A DNA stretch of 64,000 nucleotides. Origin: Vermamoeba vermiformis (lineage: Eukaryota). The notes below the pieces were generated by a model that was given only the letters and a program-made list of their open reading frames with translations, searched no databases and was not told where the DNA came from. Made by a program: the position numbers and the translations under genes. Below are positions 60,753 to 64,000 of this stretch, piece after piece. The DNA lies in assembly GCA_045837725.1 (NCBI GenBank), contig JBEWZL010000216.1:186001-250000 (forward strand). The letters run 5' to 3'. Position 1 is the stretch's first letter, and the number at the start of each line of letters is the position of its first letter.

Positions 60753-62415
60753 ATGATATCGAGGTCACTGGTAAGATCGAGGAAAATTAAAACCCCTTCT
60801 ACCCTCAAAAATTAATTAAAAAATCTACGGATAATTATATTGATATATTAAGGATATTTGAGTGGTGTTATATAATAATGGGTTGGTTTAATGCACTAGA
60901 ACAATTTTTTGACTATTTTTTCTAGTTGCTTCAAACCCTGGCACGCGCCACCACGCGACACCCTTCTAAGCGGCCTATTAGTCGTTTATACAGCACCAAT
61001 GGCAATGATAATCCAGCAGAAACACAAACAAACCGCGTACCAAGGTAAGTTAGGCAGAAATCGACAGATGCCCGTTACTTTTTGTAATTCAACGAGCTTA
61101 ATCCTTGATATTATAGGCACTTCTTGGCTATATTTCCTCCAACAATAGCGTTGGATGCGATCGAAAGAGCCCAACAGAAGATCAAGAAGGACATGCCGAG
61201 TAAGTGATTAGAAATCATTGGTTCTTTACACCTAAGTATTGATAACGAGAGTGTATACCATACAATAATATTAAGAATCATTTAAAACTATTAAATCACG
61301 GGATGTCTTAAATCTGCCGAGTTGACGCGTAATAATGCACCTCGCTTGAACGACAAGATTAAATTATTTACTAAAATAATATTTTTAGCGTATGAGCTAA
61401 ATATAATATTGCCCGGGAATAGAATAACTTAAATTTGTGCGTGACGTTTTCAAACACGCGTATCTTTTGAATCAAAGTCCGTGATTTGCGTATTTTTAAC
61501 TTTAGAGAATTGCAGATTCCAAACTACGATGGGTTAGTAGACCGAACATACACTTAACGCTCAAGTTTTTTGGCGCTGCGCTCGCTGATCCAAAGGTTTA
61601 TCGGTATGATCTATTCAACCCCCCTTTTGACAGATCTGTCAGATCCAGGCTTACCTGGCATGCTTTCTTTAGGGAAACCACACAAATGATAGACGAGGTC
61701 GTGGCCACCATGGACCCGTTCGAAATTGAAGTTAAAACTGCCGGAGTGTTTCCCAGATGGGACAAACCTCGCATTGTAAGTAAATTTAACCGAATTCAAT
61801 TTCGTGAATAGTTCTTAATCCATGTCGGTTGCACGCGCAGCTATGGCTGGGAGTCGATAAAGGCAAAGAGGAGTTGCGAGAGTTGCGAAAAAGATTAGAA
61901 AAAGGCTTCAAAGATCTCGGATTGAAAGAGGAGGCGGGAGAAGAGTCCAAATTCTCACCACATTTCACTATCGGCCGTTGGAACGATGTCTATGTCAAGT
62001 CGTTACAGGTGTCGTACCATTTCCGATTGAATTTGATTTCGAAATTGCTCATCTGGACAGATTCTTCCAGATCTCGACCTAAATCTGGATAAATTTTTAT
62101 TTGTGCATTATTCGTAGGGAGAAATCGCCAAAGACGCGACCGAGACAGTGCAGTACGTTAGCTCCTTTACGGGTAAGCTCTCATATTAAGTTTTTCGGCT
62201 CGATTACTAGATTAGGCCTTGCAACTTTTTACGCGCTGGATCTTACTCCCGGGTAATACTAATCATTTAATATCGATGCAGTACGCGAGACATTATTGAT
62301 CAACAGCGATCTGAATCCAGAAGAGCCGATTTACACTCCCGTGCACTTCTCTCGTACAACCAAGGAGCAGATCGGGATTAGAAGAAGATCTCGATACCAA
62401 CAAGACGGAAGATGA
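60753..62415 (+). CDS. thpR: RNA 2',3'-cyclic phosphodiesterase (2H phosphoesterase, ThpR/LigT type) with a mitochondrial-type presequence
   Basis: Spliced RHFLAI..LRWVSRPNIHLTLKFFG (HxT 1), GVFPRWDKPRILWLGV, FSPHFTIGR (HxT 2), SDLNPEEPIYT; N-terminus MISRSLLLQTLARATTRHPSKRPISRLYS. Confidence 0.85.
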
Positions 62416-62882
62416 TCGAATCAACATACCGATGGCCATAAGCACGTGTTTATGTCTTTGTTTGCTATTGAATGACGCCTCAGAGATAAATATCACGTTG
62501 GAATAATGACAGAAGATTTTTTGGTCTAATTTTAACTCCACCGCTGAATTTCGTCAGATCTATAAAGAATCTACCTAAGGGACGACTCCTAAGCGTCGGT
62601 TGAACGTTCTTTAATCCTTGGCAGCGGATCTACTCCAGAAACACAAAGATCCGGCAGATTTTTGAGATCACCCGACCGCCAACGTTATGATGCCTTCTTA
62701 CCAGCACTCGATACTGAAAAACGGAAGAGCGTCATGTCGGGACATTGGGGTGTAATTGCTCCTATTTTTGTTATGTTTCCAAATATAGAAGTGGTTTTTT
62801 TTCTACCTTTCCTTTTCTTTCATTTATTCAAACAAGACAGAGAGCAAGAACATAAGAGCCGAATCGGTTTTTGTTCGGCAAA

Positions 62883-64000
62883 ATGACTACGTCGCACCAC
62901 GTTACGCTCAAGGACTTGCTGGAGCTTGGTCTGATCAAGAGCGGAGAAGAGATCACGTTCAAAAACGAGCAAGGTAAATTCTCATTTCGTCTTGCTCGGC
63001 TTTTGAGTTTCAGATCGATACCAAGAGCCGATAAAAAGACAAGAGAGAGTGACATTTCCACAAATCTGAATCATTTCTTAGTAAATGATTCTTTCTGGAA
63101 TGACGATCTTTTTGATCTAATCTGACCGATCTGTTTACAGGCCTTATCTCCGACGCTGGTAACATCAATTACAAAGGACGCGACTTCACTTCTTTGTCCA
63201 ATTGGGCTAAGGAGGTTGCTTCCAAGATGGGACTAAGTAAACACTACAATGGATGGAAAGTTGTTTACATCAAGGACAAGCCTCTTTCGTACTTTAGAGA
63301 TCTATTCTATAGCATGAAGGGAGAGGGCAAGCCGATATCAATTACAATGGACGATGAGCCCGTGCTCAAACGAAAGCGGAGTGTTAGTGATATGTCGCAC
63401 AAAAGGCCGCTGATGAGCTTCGCGGATTCTGATGAGGAATTCGACGAAGAATACGACGACGGAGACATGTTTATGCCTCGTAAGCGATTCAGAAGAGACA
63501 GTGTCGCCTCAGCCACAGAGGTATGCTTCCCAAACGAAATAATTCAAGTTGGAGAGGAAATTTCGGAGGTCCGTAGATCTTGATCTAACTTGCTTGCTTT
63601 CAGGTTCGTTCCTTTAGCGCTCCGAATGCCAATGCTTCGACAGTTGTGGCAACCGCAAAGCCTGCTCAAGCTGGCGCGAGTCCCCCAACGGCTGCTCGGT
63701 AAGTTCCATCTTAAGAGATGCGATTGTCGTTTGCGAAAACATCGCCGTTTACCGAAAATTTCGAATCTTTACCATAACTATTGCTAAATCAAGTTGTTCC
63801 CAAGAGAATTATACTTTCGTTCGAGGGATCAAAAGTTGCAATCTAACATACTTGCAAAGGTCTGGAAAGAATAATAGCAAGATGAAGCGCTGCGACATGT
63901 GTGGTACCACGGTAACTCCTCAAGTAAGTCTAAGAGTCCTTTACACCATCTGTGGGTCCAGCTTTTTATCTCCCGCCCCTGGAGATTACTAAAAAAAGAC
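62883..64000 (+). CDS. RAMA-domain protein with the start of a GATA-type zinc finger (partial; runs off the window end)
   Basis: VTLKDLLELGLIKSGEE..GNINYKGRDFTSLSNWA..NGWKVV (RAMA/MPND-like); basic NLS-like stretches; exon ending KRCDMCGTTVTPQ at ~63923. Confidence 0.75.

Noticed and set aside
1-64000. CRISPR array, prokaryotic operon or bacterial contamination
   Set aside because: I saw no regularly spaced repeats. Nearly all genes, including the prokaryote-like ligase and ThpR, have spliceosomal introns.

Overview
This is AT-rich eukaryotic genomic DNA with many short GT-AG introns. The gene content (TKL kinases, many F-box genes, divergent Rabs) suggests an amoebozoan-like protist, but the taxon is an inference. 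I reconstructed about 24 gene models by hand: a C1/kinase/F-box protein, F-box-ankyrin and F-box-LRR proteins, an S28 peptidase, an RCC1-kinase, a PA-domain multi-TM protein, three divergent Rab-like GTPases, a sterol desaturase/hydroxylase, a convergent pair of F-box paralogues, VPS41, a VIT1/CCC1 transporter, an Rnl2-type RNA ligase, a vault-PARP (PARP4)-like PARP, two C-terminal F-box paralogues, a Josephin-like peptidase-LRR protein, a ThpR/LigT 2H phosphoesterase with a mitochondrial-type presequence, and a RAMA+GATA protein. There are two DNA transposons with GG termini and 8-bp target-site duplications (TSDs): a 5.08 kb element with an intron-rich P-like transposase, and a 1.14 kb non-autonomous element. 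The most interesting locus is 49.3-53.8 kb, where the RNA ligase sits directly upstream of the PARP4-like gene, whose first intron holds a tRNA-like Pol III unit with a broken anticodon arm; a cyclic phosphodiesterase lies 7 kb downstream. Sharply bounded CpG-depleted domains cover the transposase and some F-box genes. All exon structures and family calls come from reading motifs by eye; no database searches were run.
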